Assembly: GCA_963697165.1 (NCBI GenBank) | Contig: CAVOMX010000009.1 | Span: 32,001 to 96,000, forward strand | Direction of reading: 5' to 3' | DNA: 64,000 nt | Origin: Candidatus Bathyarchaeota archaeon | GTDB lineage: Archaea > Thermoproteota > Bathyarchaeia > Bathyarchaeales > Bathyarchaeaceae | Shown here: positions 23,584 to 35,086 of the stretch, piece after piece | Numbering within the stretch: position 1 is the first letter of the stretch | Layout of the letters: each line of letters opens with the position of its first letter | Position numbers and translations under genes: made by a program | Notes under the pieces: model-generated | Databases searched by the model: none | Seen by the model: only the letters and a program-made list of their open reading frames with translations | Told to the model about the DNA's origin: nothing

Positions 23584-23674
23584 TTCCAGAAACTATATTT
23601 TCCTACGAAGATTCTTTTAGTTACTTCGTGAATTTTCTTTCTCATAATAAAAAGGTTTTAGGGTTCAATCTTTT
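23584..23674 (+). repeat. Boundary repeat copy C plus ~35-bp accessory motif shared with 35178-35213
   Basis: TTCCAGAAACTATATTTTCCTACGAAGA..CTTCGTGAA..TCTCATAATAAA. Confidence 0.75.
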
Positions 23675-23878
23675 GCAATCAATTAAGTTCATTGAAGCTG
23701 CAGTTTTTCTTTGCCCCTAATCCGTTAATACATATGCCTTAATTCGACTACACACCTCTTTTGTCCATATATATAATTTAATAAGACGTAGTTTGAGTCC
23801 AATGGTCGAGCGAAAAAGTGACGAGAACAACATTAACTATAGGAAATAACTGTTTGCTTTATTTCAGTTATATATAGT

Positions 23879-23947
23879 AATTTATACTTGTCAAAGAAAC
23901 CTCATTCTTGTTTACTGTTAACAGAAACTTTGTTTTCCAACAAAGAG
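23879..23947 (+). repeat. Boundary repeat copy D (long variant)
   Basis: 59/69 identical to 33487-33555. Confidence 0.85.
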
Positions 23948-24566
23948 TTTCCATGATCACATAAATAGACATAATGATTCTGTCAAAAAGAAGCGGATTC
24001 TGTGCGATTTGTCGAAGAGCTGGAGGAAAACATAAAAATGGGGTTGTATCCAGAAGAAGGGTTTGCTGAGGCTTTAGCACAGTTGTTGATGAGTAAGGTC
24101 ACATTCAATCTTTTTCAAGGGGGAAAGAATGTGTGCTCCTGTGCTTGCCTTTTCAGCCCCATTCTATTCTTTTTGGTAGTTCCAAAAAAGGGGGAAGATT
24201 TTTTTGTGTATTGTCTTGTTTGAATAAATTTACATCATTCCAAAGGATTAATCAAGTTTTTTTTTTTGTTCCAATCTGCTGTGAGTTGAATCGTGCTCAT
24301 TTTCTATTTCAGAGACTTCTTTTCTAATCGCAAGTTTTGTTTCTTTCTCTGGAAAGCCTTCTTCTGGTCCGCAATAGACAAGCTTAAAATCTGGTAACCC
24401 GATGATGCCAAACCCCACTCTTACGTTTTCGACGTCTCATTGACAACTCCCCCAAATAACCAAATCATACTCATTATTCTCCTTTCCACTTTAACCAATC
24501 AAACCTCCTTCAAATCTACAAATTTCTAACCGATTACTCCCACAAAAAAAGGGGAGGGAAATTGGT

Positions 24567-27185
24567 TTATTTTCGTTTCTTTAGTGCCCAGAAGCTGACT
24601 ACGCCAATTATGCTGGCAATTGCGACAGCTGCAATGATGGCTACTTCAGTGGTGATCAAAGGTGTTTCAGTGTGGCTCTGGTGAAGGTGACGGTTCAGGC
24701 AGGTTCGAAGGTGCTGGCGTTGGTGAAGGTTCTGGTGAAGGTGATGGGCTGGTGTAGGTGTTCTGGTGAGGTGATGGCTCAGGTGATGGTTCAGGTTCTA
24801 TTGTTCCACCTGCTGTTGCAGCTGGTGTTACGGCAAAGGATGTTGCTGCGCTTGAAGGCCAATAGGATTCAGATCCCGCAAACTTGGCGATAACTTTGTA
24901 AATTCCCTCGGTCGATGGGACATACATGTGCGCATAGTTGCCATCTGAATCAGATGTGACAGTAGTTATCCATTCTTCAGTGCCATCTGGTTTAACCACA
25001 AACAGATTCACTGGAACACCATCTGGGTTGGCGGATTGTTCAGCAGTGTTGCATTCTGCATATTAAGATAGTCCATCCACTCGCTCATGTCCTCATCAGA
25101 AACTGCTGGTAGTACCTGGCCTGAGCAGGAGATTGATCCAATAACATTGCCTTTTATCAGCACTGTATGCGCCACTTAGCGACGACATCATTCTGGTATT
25201 GTTACTGAAGTTGAGGTTTGGCCTTTGCCTAAGCAATAGAGGTTTCCATCGTAATCTCCGGTACCTATGACATAACCATTAGCAGCAGAAGAGGGGCGAA
25301 GTCCACCGTTTAAAGTAAATATAGTGTCTCCTGTAGTAGCGTCAATACATACGAGCATTCCAAACCTTGAAATAGGGTTGATTTTATACCCAGACGAATA
25401 GCCTGCGTAAACATAGATTTTACCATCTACCATGACCATGCCACTGAACGATAGGGCACTGCATTATTGGGGTACTCAGTTGAAGGAATAGGCTTACTCC
25501 GCCATACCTCATGTCCATCTGCCAAACTGTAAGCGCGCATTGTACCGTCCGGGAACATAAGCATACAAGTTATCGTTGTCATTGGTCTCAGCAAGTAAAC
25601 GGTCCATGTTGTAGCCCACGTAGAGTCGCAGAAGCTGTCACTTTCCCACAATTCAAAGCGCCAGTAAGCATGGAGTAGCATTTGAACGTTGATTCAGTTG
25701 GATCAAAGACAATAAAGTTGTCCACGCCATATAAACTGAATTGCTGGTTAGCTAGAGTCGGATAGTTCAGGGTAAGGTTCCATAGTGAGGTACCGTTTTC
25801 TGCGCTGTAACCCCAGATACTGGTTGGGTGCGGCTTTACCACAACCGTAGACGCATCTGTTGATATTCCGAAGAGAGATTGGGGACTGGCTACGCGATGT
25901 AGCTAGTTGATTCTGGCAGTGGGCGTTGTCCATTCAATTCCTGTCGGCCAATTATGACCACCAGTGCGTGTCCGTAAATGTTACAGTGACAACTTTCGAC
26001 ATGTTCCATGCTAAACAAGTTGTACGATCGTTGCTGTTCCATAGGCAAGATCGGTACCGTCAATAAGATTGAAGCACTTGCAGTAGCGTTAGCGATTGAC
26101 CGCACTAGTGTTCCAGTAAAGGGATCATAGTAATTCCACGTACTGCCAGAGGTTCCAAATAGGTACGGTGTATGGTATTGTCCATAGGAGCTCTCGAGAA
26201 CTACGTTCGAAGGATCAAAACATGCTTTGAGCATATGGGTTTCCAGGTAAGTGGATACCGCACAGTAATCGAGCCATCCACTGTGTACAATACTTCTCCA
26301 GTTGCTAAATCAATGCATTCAAACTGTGCCAGTATTCGCGAATATTTATCGAATACTTTGCCTTCCATGATTACAGCACTTGGATACTAGAACCTTGAGG
26401 ATCCATAGCTAAGGCTGCCATAATCTCCGCCTATAAGGCCTCCTGATCTAAGCGGTTGCTTCCAAACTATGTGGCCAGTGTTAGGTCCTGAACCATAGGG
26501 CTGCCAAATACGACAAGTAGGCACCGTTAACCGTAGCCGCCAGTTGACTGGCACTGCCAAGCCAGTCGCCTGAGATTTGGTTCCATTCTCTGTTGTTGCT
26601 GTTTATTGGGTAGCTCCAGAAAACGTTTGGGTTCGGCAGTGCTGACCACGGATAACCATTAAGCAAACCAGCCAGTACTCTTCAGTCTGAACTGTAAAGT
26701 AGGCATGTATTACTAGTGCATCCTATATATTGTACGGTTCCTGAACCGTCAGTTAAGTTCTGTGCAGGCATCGTGAACGATACACTCCAGTTACCCGCCA
26801 TGATTAGGCTCATAAAAGAAGTATATAGCGCCAAGTGACTGCGTTTGTCCTGGATCATAATTGACCTGTTCCGTCTACCGGCATGAACGTGTCTTTTGTT
26901 CCGTCAGGTCTTACGAACGTCACCGTTACTCCCCTATAGCCGTCATAAGTATGGCTGATAAGCATAGTTTGTAGGTATAGGATAGATGAATAGGTTTACA
27001 GTTGCTGTTTGGCCGACTCCGACAAGTCTTGGTGCAACGTCGATGTAACCTGTAGTTTTCTCTGGCTGAGGAACACCAATTTGAGCCTGCACTGGAATAT
27101 TTGCTAGCAACGAAAAAGCAGATGTTATTAAAATTGCCAAAATGATTGATGCTGTTAATTTTGTTTTGTTTATTGAAATTTGCAT
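24567..27185 (-). CDS. Large secreted PQQ-like beta-propeller surface protein with Pro/Ser linker and C-terminal TM (many frameshifts; pseudogene or assembly error)
   Basis: Signal peptide; Trp-containing blade ends (DGHEVW, ENGTSLW); FAGSESYWPSS; PEPSPSP repeats; TM plus KKRK tail. Confidence 0.75.
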
Positions 27186-27424
27186 TGTTTTTTCTCCTTT
27201 TTGAGTTTTTTCCATCTTTACATTTTATTGTTTTTGGGAAAAAGAATTAAACTAAAAAATACTTGATCTTCCCCCTAGAATGCTATTTTGTAACAAAGAA
27301 GTATTTAACATTAAGTGTCAGCCCATGACTGACAACTTCTGAATCATTAATACCTTCGAAATAAGATGGGAAAAAACAAATTGTCTCTGTGCTTAGGTTT
27401 CGACTAATGTTTAGCAAAGGTAAA

Positions 27425-27492
27425 CCTCTTCGTGAAAAGCTTCCAGAAACTTTATTTTCCAACGAGCAGTCCAAGGCATAACTTGAATAGAA
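27425..27492 (+). repeat. Boundary repeat copy E
   Basis: 27427-27492 is 59/66 identical to 31391-31456. Confidence 0.9.
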
Positions 27493-27500
27493 TTGGGTTT

Positions 27501-27774
27501 TTATGCACTTGCCCTGAAATACATTCGATTATTAACAACTTTTCTTGAAATTTTTCCTTTACTTACTAAATCCTGAAGAACCGAAACAAAATTTGCGACC
27601 ATGAACGTAGCCATTTTGGAAGTCCCTGGCACATCAAAATCTACATTAAAACTTGTCGACCCCATTATTTCATCGTCAGTAAAGGCTTTTTCCTTGACGC
27701 TTCTTCAAGAAAGAGATAATCTCATCTTCCAGCTTAATAGAGACCCTTACAAATTTCTCTTTGTCTATGGGCAT
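27501..27774 (-). CDS. Small winged-helix-like protein (~90 aa, one frameshift)
   Basis: GGAGTGA RBS; MPIDKEKF..EIISFLKK / KAFTDDEI..LQDLVSKGKISRKVVNNRMYF. Confidence 0.55.
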
Positions 27775-27972
27775 AGATATCACTCCATCATAAATCTATG
27801 AAACAAGAGCTTGAAATTGTTTATGTAACTCAAATCATAAGCATAACTAATAGTTTAAGCCAAACGTTTGTCGTAATTCGCTCGCATCCAGAAACTTGTA
27901 TCTATTATTCACAACTTGTTTATACATAATTGTCTGAATTACCTAATATCTTGAGGTTCAGGCGTTTATTCA

Positions 27973-30478
27973 ATGAGTAGTGACATATCAATTGAAGCTT
28001 TTATTCAACATCTTGAAGAATTAAAAAAATTAACCGAATTTGAGAGATTTCGCAAATTTCTAAGGCTATTTTTAATTGGATTCTTCATAGGTAGAGAAAA
28101 CAAAAAAAGAATAAAAGTATTAGCCTTAGAACTAAATAATATACTCCAACAAAAAAGTTGTGATTTGGAAAAACATGTATCAAATTCTTTAGGTATGAGC
28201 ACATATCTAATTTCATCAGAAAAAAAAGGATTGTTAGATTCAATAGGCGTTTTAATAAATGGGCTTAAACAATTTTCAAACTCTAAAGTTCCGAATGTCG
28301 AATATATTAAAGAAATTGAGGAAAAGCTGACAACACTAAAAGAGTCAGTACTTGACTACAATAGCTCCTTCATTAGGCAAAGAAAAAGGGATTACCGTTA
28401 TCTCTGGAGTAATGGGGAGTTTACTCTTGATGAGGAACAAATTACATCAATTGTAACTGACGATAAACATAATTTGGTGGTAGCTGCTGCAGGTTCAGGC
28501 AAAACAGAGTGGTACCAAATCACAAGAATTGCATACATAGTAAAAAGACAACCTGACTTTAGTCCACAAGAAAGAATTTTGGCAATTGCTTATCAAAACA
28601 AAGCTAGTGGTGAAATTGGAAGAAGACTAAAAGATAGATATGAAATTACGAACGTTAATGTAAGTACCTTTCACAAGTTAGGTAAAGGTATTTTAGAAGA
28701 AGCAAGAAGCAAATATCGCCACTCTGATATAATTGATAATAATAAAAAACGAAGAACCATAGATAACCTTTTTAGACAAAAAATTGAAACTAACCAAAAA
28801 TACTACAATTTGTTTCTAAGTTATGTTAAAACTCTCCATGATAAAGAAAAAAAGGAAACTGGAGAGGCAAACGGTATTTCTCTAGAATACGCTATAAAAC
28901 AAGCCTATGTATCCATAGATAGAACCCAGGTAAATAGCAGAGCTGAAAAAGAGATTATAGACTTCTTTCTGATTCACAAGCTCAATGGAAAAAAAATCAT
29001 AGTAGAATATGAACCTGATGTGGGTGGATTTAGACCTGATTTTTACTTGCCACAATATGATTTATACATTGAACATTGGGCTTTAAATAAAAATGGAGAA
29101 GTACCAGAATGGTTCAATCAATCCTCTGATGAATATAAGAAATCAATGGATATGAAAAGGACATGGTTTAAAGCTCACAATAAATTATTTGTGGAAACCT
29201 TTACACACGAGTATAAGAAGAATAAGTCTGACAATTTTATTGAATTATTGAAGAAAAGAGTCATAGATGCACTAGAAACTAGAAGCAATCAAGATTTTGA
29301 ATTTAGTCTTAAAAGTTATGATGAAATTGTTGAAATTGCCTGGAACTCTTATCTGTACTCCAGTAGATGATTTAATTAACTTCATAACATCTGCAAAAAC
29401 CTATGGTTTGTCTCCAATAAACGTAAAGGGAAGACTAGAGAAGAGAAAATGGAGTGCTAAACAGATAGCTTTTGGGAATCTTGTTTTGCCAATATTTACA
29501 GAATATGAAGAGTTATTGCACTTGGAAGATAAAATCGATTTTGAGGATATGATAAATAAAGCAACAGCTGAATTAGAGAACAATCAGAACTTGCGTGCTA
29601 ATGTGTATGACCATATTCTAATTGATGAATATCAAGATATTAGTGCGCAAAGATACAACCTAATCAAAGTCATGATGGAAAGAAATCCTAATTGTAAACT
29701 ATTTTGTGTTGGAGATGACTGGCAAAGTATCATGGGTTTTTCAGGCTCTAACATAAATTATTTTGTAAGGTTTGCAGAATATTTTGAAGACCCAGCAATA
29801 ACCATAATCTCAACTAACTATCGAAGTAACCGTACAATTGTTGATGCAGGTGCAGATTTGATAAAGGACAATACAAGTTGTCAGGTACAAAAACCAACTA
29901 AAGCAAATAACAGTCAAACTAAATCAATTAAAGTGCTTAGGTCTCCTCACAAGAAAGATTATGAATATAAATATCACCAGCAAATTGCTGAGGACTGTAT
30001 AAATCGCATAGTTGAATATCTTGAAAATGGTTATGCACCAACAGATATACTTGTGCTCACAAGATGCATGCGAACTAGGACCCGATTTGGATACAGATAC
30101 CTACCAACAATTCAGATAATCAAAGAATTGGCAGAAGTAAACAATTTAGATGTAATTCACCAAAATTGGGAGAGTCCAAGAGGCATTAGATTACTTACTG
30201 CACATAGCAGCAAGGGTTTAGAAGCAAAAGTAGTTTTTATTATTAATGGTACCAAGGATATTTTTGGTTTCCCATGTGAAATAGAAGATTCTAATATTTA
30301 TGAGCTAGCAAGAACAAACTATCCGCCTCAAGATAATCTAGAGGAAGAACGAAGGCTATTCTATGTAGCAATGACTCGTGCAAAGGATGAACTTTATATT
30401 TACACTTGGGAACCAGCAATGAGTAATTTTCTAACTGAAATTGAAGAGCATACTAAAGAAATCCGACTAAATTACTGA
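27973..30478 (+). CDS. UvrD/helicase IV-like SF1 helicase with inserted PD-(D/E)XK-like nuclease domain (frameshift near 29355)
   Basis: AAAGSGKT, ILIDEYQD, VGDDWQSI, NYRS, SKGLE, EERRLFYVAMTRAK; insert SRAE..RPDFYL..IEHW. Confidence 0.88.
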
Positions 30479-30773
30479 ATAATTATACCCGTGCAAAACC
30501 TTTTACGCCTCCAAATTAGATGGTTTTTTGTTAAATAGATAAACCCAAGTTTATATTCATCCTTTTTCAGTATCGCTTCTGAAGATAAAATTTCATCTAT
30601 TTTCTGCTTTACTTTGTCTTCTTGATTTATTCCGAATAAAGGACCCAAAACATTTCCCTTCTGTTCTTAAGACCAATTTAGCTATAACATTTCTCCTAAT
30701 TGATTGTTAGAGCGTGAATTTTCCGAAAAAAGTTAAAGCAACTTAACCGAAAAAAGGAACATGAGAGATAATC

Positions 30774-31373
30774 TTGACTTCTAATGATTTGGTCAGATAC
30801 AAAATATTGGAAATACTTTTCAACAAAGCCTCGTTGAGAGGAACAGACTGGAATGTTAAACGTAAGGAAATGATAGAATCATTACCATTTGAGGAGAAGC
30901 AAATTGACTTCAACTTTTTTTATCTTTTCGACAAAGGTCTAGCTAAAATGTTCAAACACACATCTAAAAACTGGGAAACCGCAACAATCACAAGCAAAGG
31001 CATAGACGTTATCGAGCATAAACAGAATTTTGTTGAAGAATTACCCTTTATTCAGGTTGCGATTCAAGAAATCAATGCACCTATATACGGTAATGCGATT
31101 CAAGCTGTCAATTCCACAATTACCTTTAATCAACAAGTGACGGATGCCTTCAAACAAACCTATCAAACACTTGAAACTAAGAAAGATTTGACACCCGAAC
31201 AGAAAACAGAGATAAAGAAAAACTTGATTATTCTAGAAGAGGAACTAAAAAGCAAAGACAAAGACGCGGGTAAAATCCAAAAGTTGTGGAAAAGAATCAA
31301 GAAAAATGCTAGTTGGATAGCTCCAATACTTGTTAATATTGTCCTAAAAGGATTGGAGATTTCAATAGAATAA
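30774..31373 (+). CDS. Hypothetical protein with wHTH-like N-terminus and helical C-terminus
   Basis: Intact ORF; YLFDKGL..ITSKGID wing-like pattern. Confidence 0.65.
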   Translation: MTSNDLVRYKILEILFNKASLRGTDWNVKRKEMIESLPFEEKQIDFNFFYLFDKGLAKMFKHTSKNWETATITSKGIDVIEHKQNFVEELPFIQVAIQEINAPIYGNAIQAVNSTITFNQQVTDAFKQTYQTLETKKDLTPEQKTEIKKNLIILEEELKSKDKDAGKIQKLWKRIKKNASWIAPILVNIVLKGLEISIE

Positions 31374-31390
31374 TCATGCAAACAGTAAAA

Positions 31391-31456
31391 TCTTCGTGAA
31401 ATGCTTCCAGAAACTTTATTTTCCTACGAGCAGTTCAAGGGACAATTTAAATAGAA
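31391..31456 (+). repeat. Boundary repeat copy F
   Basis: TCTTCGTGAAATGCTTCCAGAAACTTTATTTTCCTACGAGCAG... Confidence 0.9.
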
Positions 31457-31531
31457 ATAGCAAGAAACAAAAAGAACCATAAGCAGAAAAAATGATGAAG
31501 TTGGAAACCAAACGTTGATAATTACAGAAAC

Positions 31532-31561
31532 AAATCACATTCAAAGACTTCCTAACAGAAC
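31532..31561 (+). repeat. 30-bp direct repeat, left copy
   Basis: 28/30 identical to 32270-32299. Confidence 0.85.
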
Positions 31562-31720
31562 AGATTTGATGAACATAGAACCTACGTTTTTGATGATGTT
31601 TATTCTATAAAATTATTAATATTCACCACAAATGTTATCTAAAGGTATATTTGATAACGTAATCGGGGGAGAGATTACTTTCTGTAATTTTCCTTTCAAA
31701 AAAGATAGAATGGAGGTGAA

Positions 31721-32176
31721 GTGAATTTGAAGTCTCGTTCTGTGAATATTGCTTGGAAAATACTGATGATTCCTAACCTTGTTTTTGTAGTCTTTGGTCT
31801 TGCATTTGTGTTAATTCCAGATGCCATTTTGGGTAGTGGCTTTGAATTGTATACTGGTCAAACTTGGAGCAATCTTGTTTCCACAAGTCCTGAAATCACT
31901 GATTTCATTTTGTTAACTGCAGGCAGAATGTTTGGTGTTCATATTCTTGTTCTCACAACTCTAGCCATCGCTATAACCCTTAAAGGTTTTAGAAATGGAG
32001 AAAGCTGGTCATGGTATGCCTTTATTGCAATCAGTTTTGGTATGATTTTTGACACAGTTGCGGTATTTATCATGGGGGAAATACCTGTTGTAGTGATAGA
32101 CATAATCATGCTATTGCTCATGTACATAGCACTAGGAATTTCTGCAAAGGATATGCTCAGTAAAAAATCCACCTGA
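31721..32176 (+). CDS. Four-TM membrane protein
   Basis: GGAGGTGA RBS; hydrophobic; GESWSWY motif. Confidence 0.75.
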   Translation: MNLKSRSVNIAWKILMIPNLVFVVFGLAFVLIPDAILGSGFELYTGQTWSNLVSTSPEITDFILLTAGRMFGVHILVLTTLAIAITLKGFRNGESWSWYAFIAISFGMIFDTVAVFIMGEIPVVVIDIIMLLLMYIALGISAKDMLSKKST

Positions 32177-32269
32177 GCATGCTACCTTCTCTAAAACCCA
32201 AACTCCTCTTTTTTTCTTAATGAAACCCAATAACATTAGGTTATTATGTGTACAAAGTTGGATGATGCA

Positions 32270-32299
32270 AAATCATATTCAAAGACTTCCCAACAGAAC
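32270..32299 (+). repeat. 30-bp direct repeat, right copy
   Basis: AAATCATATTCAAAGACTTCCCAACAGAAC. Confidence 0.85.
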
Positions 32300-32872
32300 G
32301 TAATTAATAATCACAAAGCTTTAATGTATATTCCAGCGTATTATAATTGCTGAGCCATCAAGGGGACAAATCAAAACATACCTCTAGCTCAAGCGTTTTT
32401 GAACATAAAATTTCATTATTTTGTAAGATAGATATGGATTGTTTTTTAGTAAAGTTTATTTTCTTATATTTCATTTATGATGAAGAGTAGTATCCCAATC
32501 TGAACTGGTTCTATCTCCCCCTGATGACTCAGTTTCATTATGATTGGGATACTGCTTTCCTTCTCAACATTACATCTTTGTTGATAATAGAACATTCTTT
32601 TATAACATTTCTAAACCTTAACCACAAATATTATTACGGTAAATACCTGATAAAACAATTGGGGGAGTCCACAAATCCAATTCTGGGTTAGTCATTGTAA
32701 CGGTTAATTATCTGTTAGAAACACTACATTCTGAAGTCTGTCACTAACTTTGGTGGCACACAACCACTTTTCAACTCAAACGAAACAAAACTCAGTTCTC
32801 TGCTTCAGAGACCAGAAGCAAACGGAGACACTCTCTAATCAGAGTTAATAAAGGAAGAAGGGAGGTGAAAGA

Positions 32873-33361
32873 ATGAATATGAAAATTTTAGGTGTTTTCG
32901 TTAGTTTGTTTACTTTAGCTTTGTTAACGATTCCAGTAATGGCTGCACCAGCAACAAAAATTGAAGGGGTTACATTGACTAGAGTCACTACACCACCCGT
33001 TCAGGATCCTGGCTTTCCACGGTTGGTAAGTCATGATACCATATCACATGGAAGAGGCACAACTACAGGTACAGCTACTCTAACCATAGGACAAGACATT
33101 CATGATGGAGATTGGGATAGTGAATGGATTTCCGTGGTTAATTTGAAAAAAGATCCAGTTGAGATGGTAATTAGCGCTACGGTCAAATTGACTTTCACAG
33201 GAGGCACGTTTGAGGGTACGAGCCATAGAAAGATAATAGGGTACCCACCTGGACCTAGTTCAATTATCGAAACCCATATGGTACTTCAGGGTACTGGAGA
33301 TTTTAGGGGACAAACACTAAAACATTCAGGTGGTACTTACTATCTAATAATGCCCAAATAA
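32873..33361 (+). CDS. Secreted beta-rich hypothetical protein
   Basis: GGAGGTGA RBS; signal peptide ending IPVMA; LQGTGDF motif. Confidence 0.75.
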   Translation: MNMKILGVFVSLFTLALLTIPVMAAPATKIEGVTLTRVTTPPVQDPGFPRLVSHDTISHGRGTTTGTATLTIGQDIHDGDWDSEWISVVNLKKDPVEMVISATVKLTFTGGTFEGTSHRKIIGYPPGPSSIIETHMVLQGTGDFRGQTLKHSGGTYYLIMPK

Positions 33362-33486
33362 CCAAAATAAAGAACCGTAACACCACATTTCCTCTTTTTT
33401 CTATCCAGAAACAGTAACATCAGATTTTATTGGTTTGTGGGTAAATCGAATTTTCTAAACAGTGCATTTTTGCAGTTAACTAAGTC

Positions 33487-33584
33487 AATGTATACTTATC
33501 AAAGAAATCTCCTTCTGGTATACTATTAACAGAAACTTTATTTTCCCACGAAGAGCCTCAGGCAACCTCTTCGTGAAAAGCTTC
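33487..33584 (+). repeat. Boundary repeat copy G (long variant followed by a left half)
   Basis: ..CTATTAACAGAAACTTTATTTTCCCACGAAGAG-10 bp-CCTCTTCGTGAAAAGCTTC. Confidence 0.9.
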
Positions 33585-33646
33585 TTTCTTCTGAAGGCAG
33601 ATTTTATATAGAAAAAACAAGAAATCCTATTCAAGGAAAGAGTCTC

Positions 33647-34927
33647 GTGAACAAAGAATTTCTCGAAGACTATCAAAAAAAAGAATTAGAAGAATACAGA
33701 TCGTATTGCAATAAAATTGATCTTGAAAGTTTCTCATTTAAAAAATTTCCATATCCACCAGATGAACGTTTCGTTAAAATTAAAAAACCAGTAACAATTG
33801 CAAGTAATGAATCATTAAAAGGGGATGCAATTTGGGCACAATTACCTTTTACTGGTTCTTTAATTTTTCCAATATTTGATATTCCAAAAAGAAGATTTGA
33901 AGAAATCTTTTTCCAAACGAAAGAAATCCCAAAATTAATTGATTATGTTAAGGAAACAGGAAAGTTACAATTTGTTTTAATCGGGGATCTCAAAAGATTT
34001 GAAAAATATGATTATTTGGAACCAATATTTACAGAATTGAAACCTCCAATGCTTTTTGGAATTAGTACCCACGATTTAGGTAATAAAAAAGATATAATTG
34101 AGGCTGGAATGAAGTTTGAAACCCTTGCTAATGTAAATTATTCACGTTTCGTCTGGGAAGAATCACAACAAAAGGGCAGCTTTGCTTATAAACCAATAAT
34201 GGATAGCTGTTCATCAACATATGTAAAGTTAAAAATGCTTCATTTTGACGCAATTATGGAATCTCTTGAGAACTACATGATTGTCGATCCATACAAAGCA
34301 TTCTTTATGTTTGATTTATGTAGTAAGTATATTGTTAGTCCATTAACCACACTTAGACATGAAGGAATTAATTCAACAACTGAAGAAATTCAAAAACTAA
34401 AAAATCTAATTCCAGATCATAAACTTGAGGAAACCATATTTCCAGTTGAAATTGGAAAGTTCCTCTTGAATAAACTAACTCGCGCCCCCAAAGGGCAATA
34501 TGCTTGTAATGAATTAATTAGCCATTATGAAGATTACGATTTAAGAAAAATTGTTCTCGCTTTAAACACCGCTATTGTTGAAAATCAATTTTATGACATA
34601 GAGCAAAATATTGAAACACTGTCGGAAATTCTTGAAAACGTATGGTCTGACCCCCTAATTAAGACAAGGATTGAACTCCAAAAATATGCTGTTCTAATAA
34701 TATTTGCAGCAATTGGGATTAAAATTGCACAATTAGAGGGGGGCGTGGGAGGATTTCTTACAGGAATTGGGATTACTGTTACTGTTTTAAACAAATATAT
34801 TGATAAAGAAGGTGACAAGATTTTTGAAAAAATAGCCAAGTTGCGTTGTCGAGGACATCAGGTTAACATTTTTGATTTTCAAAAAACATACAAAAATATA
34901 ATCCCTCAAAATAACACAAAGAGTTGA
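33647..34927 (+). CDS. AT-rich hypothetical protein with C-terminal hydrophobic hairpin
   Basis: 426-aa intact ORF, no recognised family. Confidence 0.75.
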   Translation: MNKEFLEDYQKKELEEYRSYCNKIDLESFSFKKFPYPPDERFVKIKKPVTIASNESLKGDAIWAQLPFTGSLIFPIFDIPKRRFEEIFFQTKEIPKLIDYVKETGKLQFVLIGDLKRFEKYDYLEPIFTELKPPMLFGISTHDLGNKKDIIEAGMKFETLANVNYSRFVWEESQQKGSFAYKPIMDSCSSTYVKLKMLHFDAIMESLENYMIVDPYKAFFMFDLCSKYIVSPLTTLRHEGINSTTEEIQKLKNLIPDHKLEETIFPVEIGKFLLNKLTRAPKGQYACNELISHYEDYDLRKIVLALNTAIVENQFYDIEQNIETLSEILENVWSDPLIKTRIELQKYAVLIIFAAIGIKIAQLEGGVGGFLTGIGITVTVLNKYIDKEGDKIFEKIAKLRCRGHQVNIFDFQKTYKNIIPQNNTKS

Positions 34928-35086
34928 TAATGCATTTTATGTTACCTTTTAACACGGGGTGATAGAGATTCTTAGTCAAATAGCAGTAAGTTAGTTAAAT
35001 AAAACGTTACCTTTTTTATGCTATTTCAATATGAAAAACCAATGTTTACTTATTGTTTTGATAGTATGTTTTCCCTCACATAAAGT

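Noticed and set aside
30721..30757. dif-like site GTTAA-AGCAAC-TTAAC
   Set aside because: Arms only 5 bp and overlap the probable promoter of 30774; insufficient support
32521..32540. Hammerhead ribozyme (CTGATGA core)
   Set aside because: No stem II followed by GAAA in the required position
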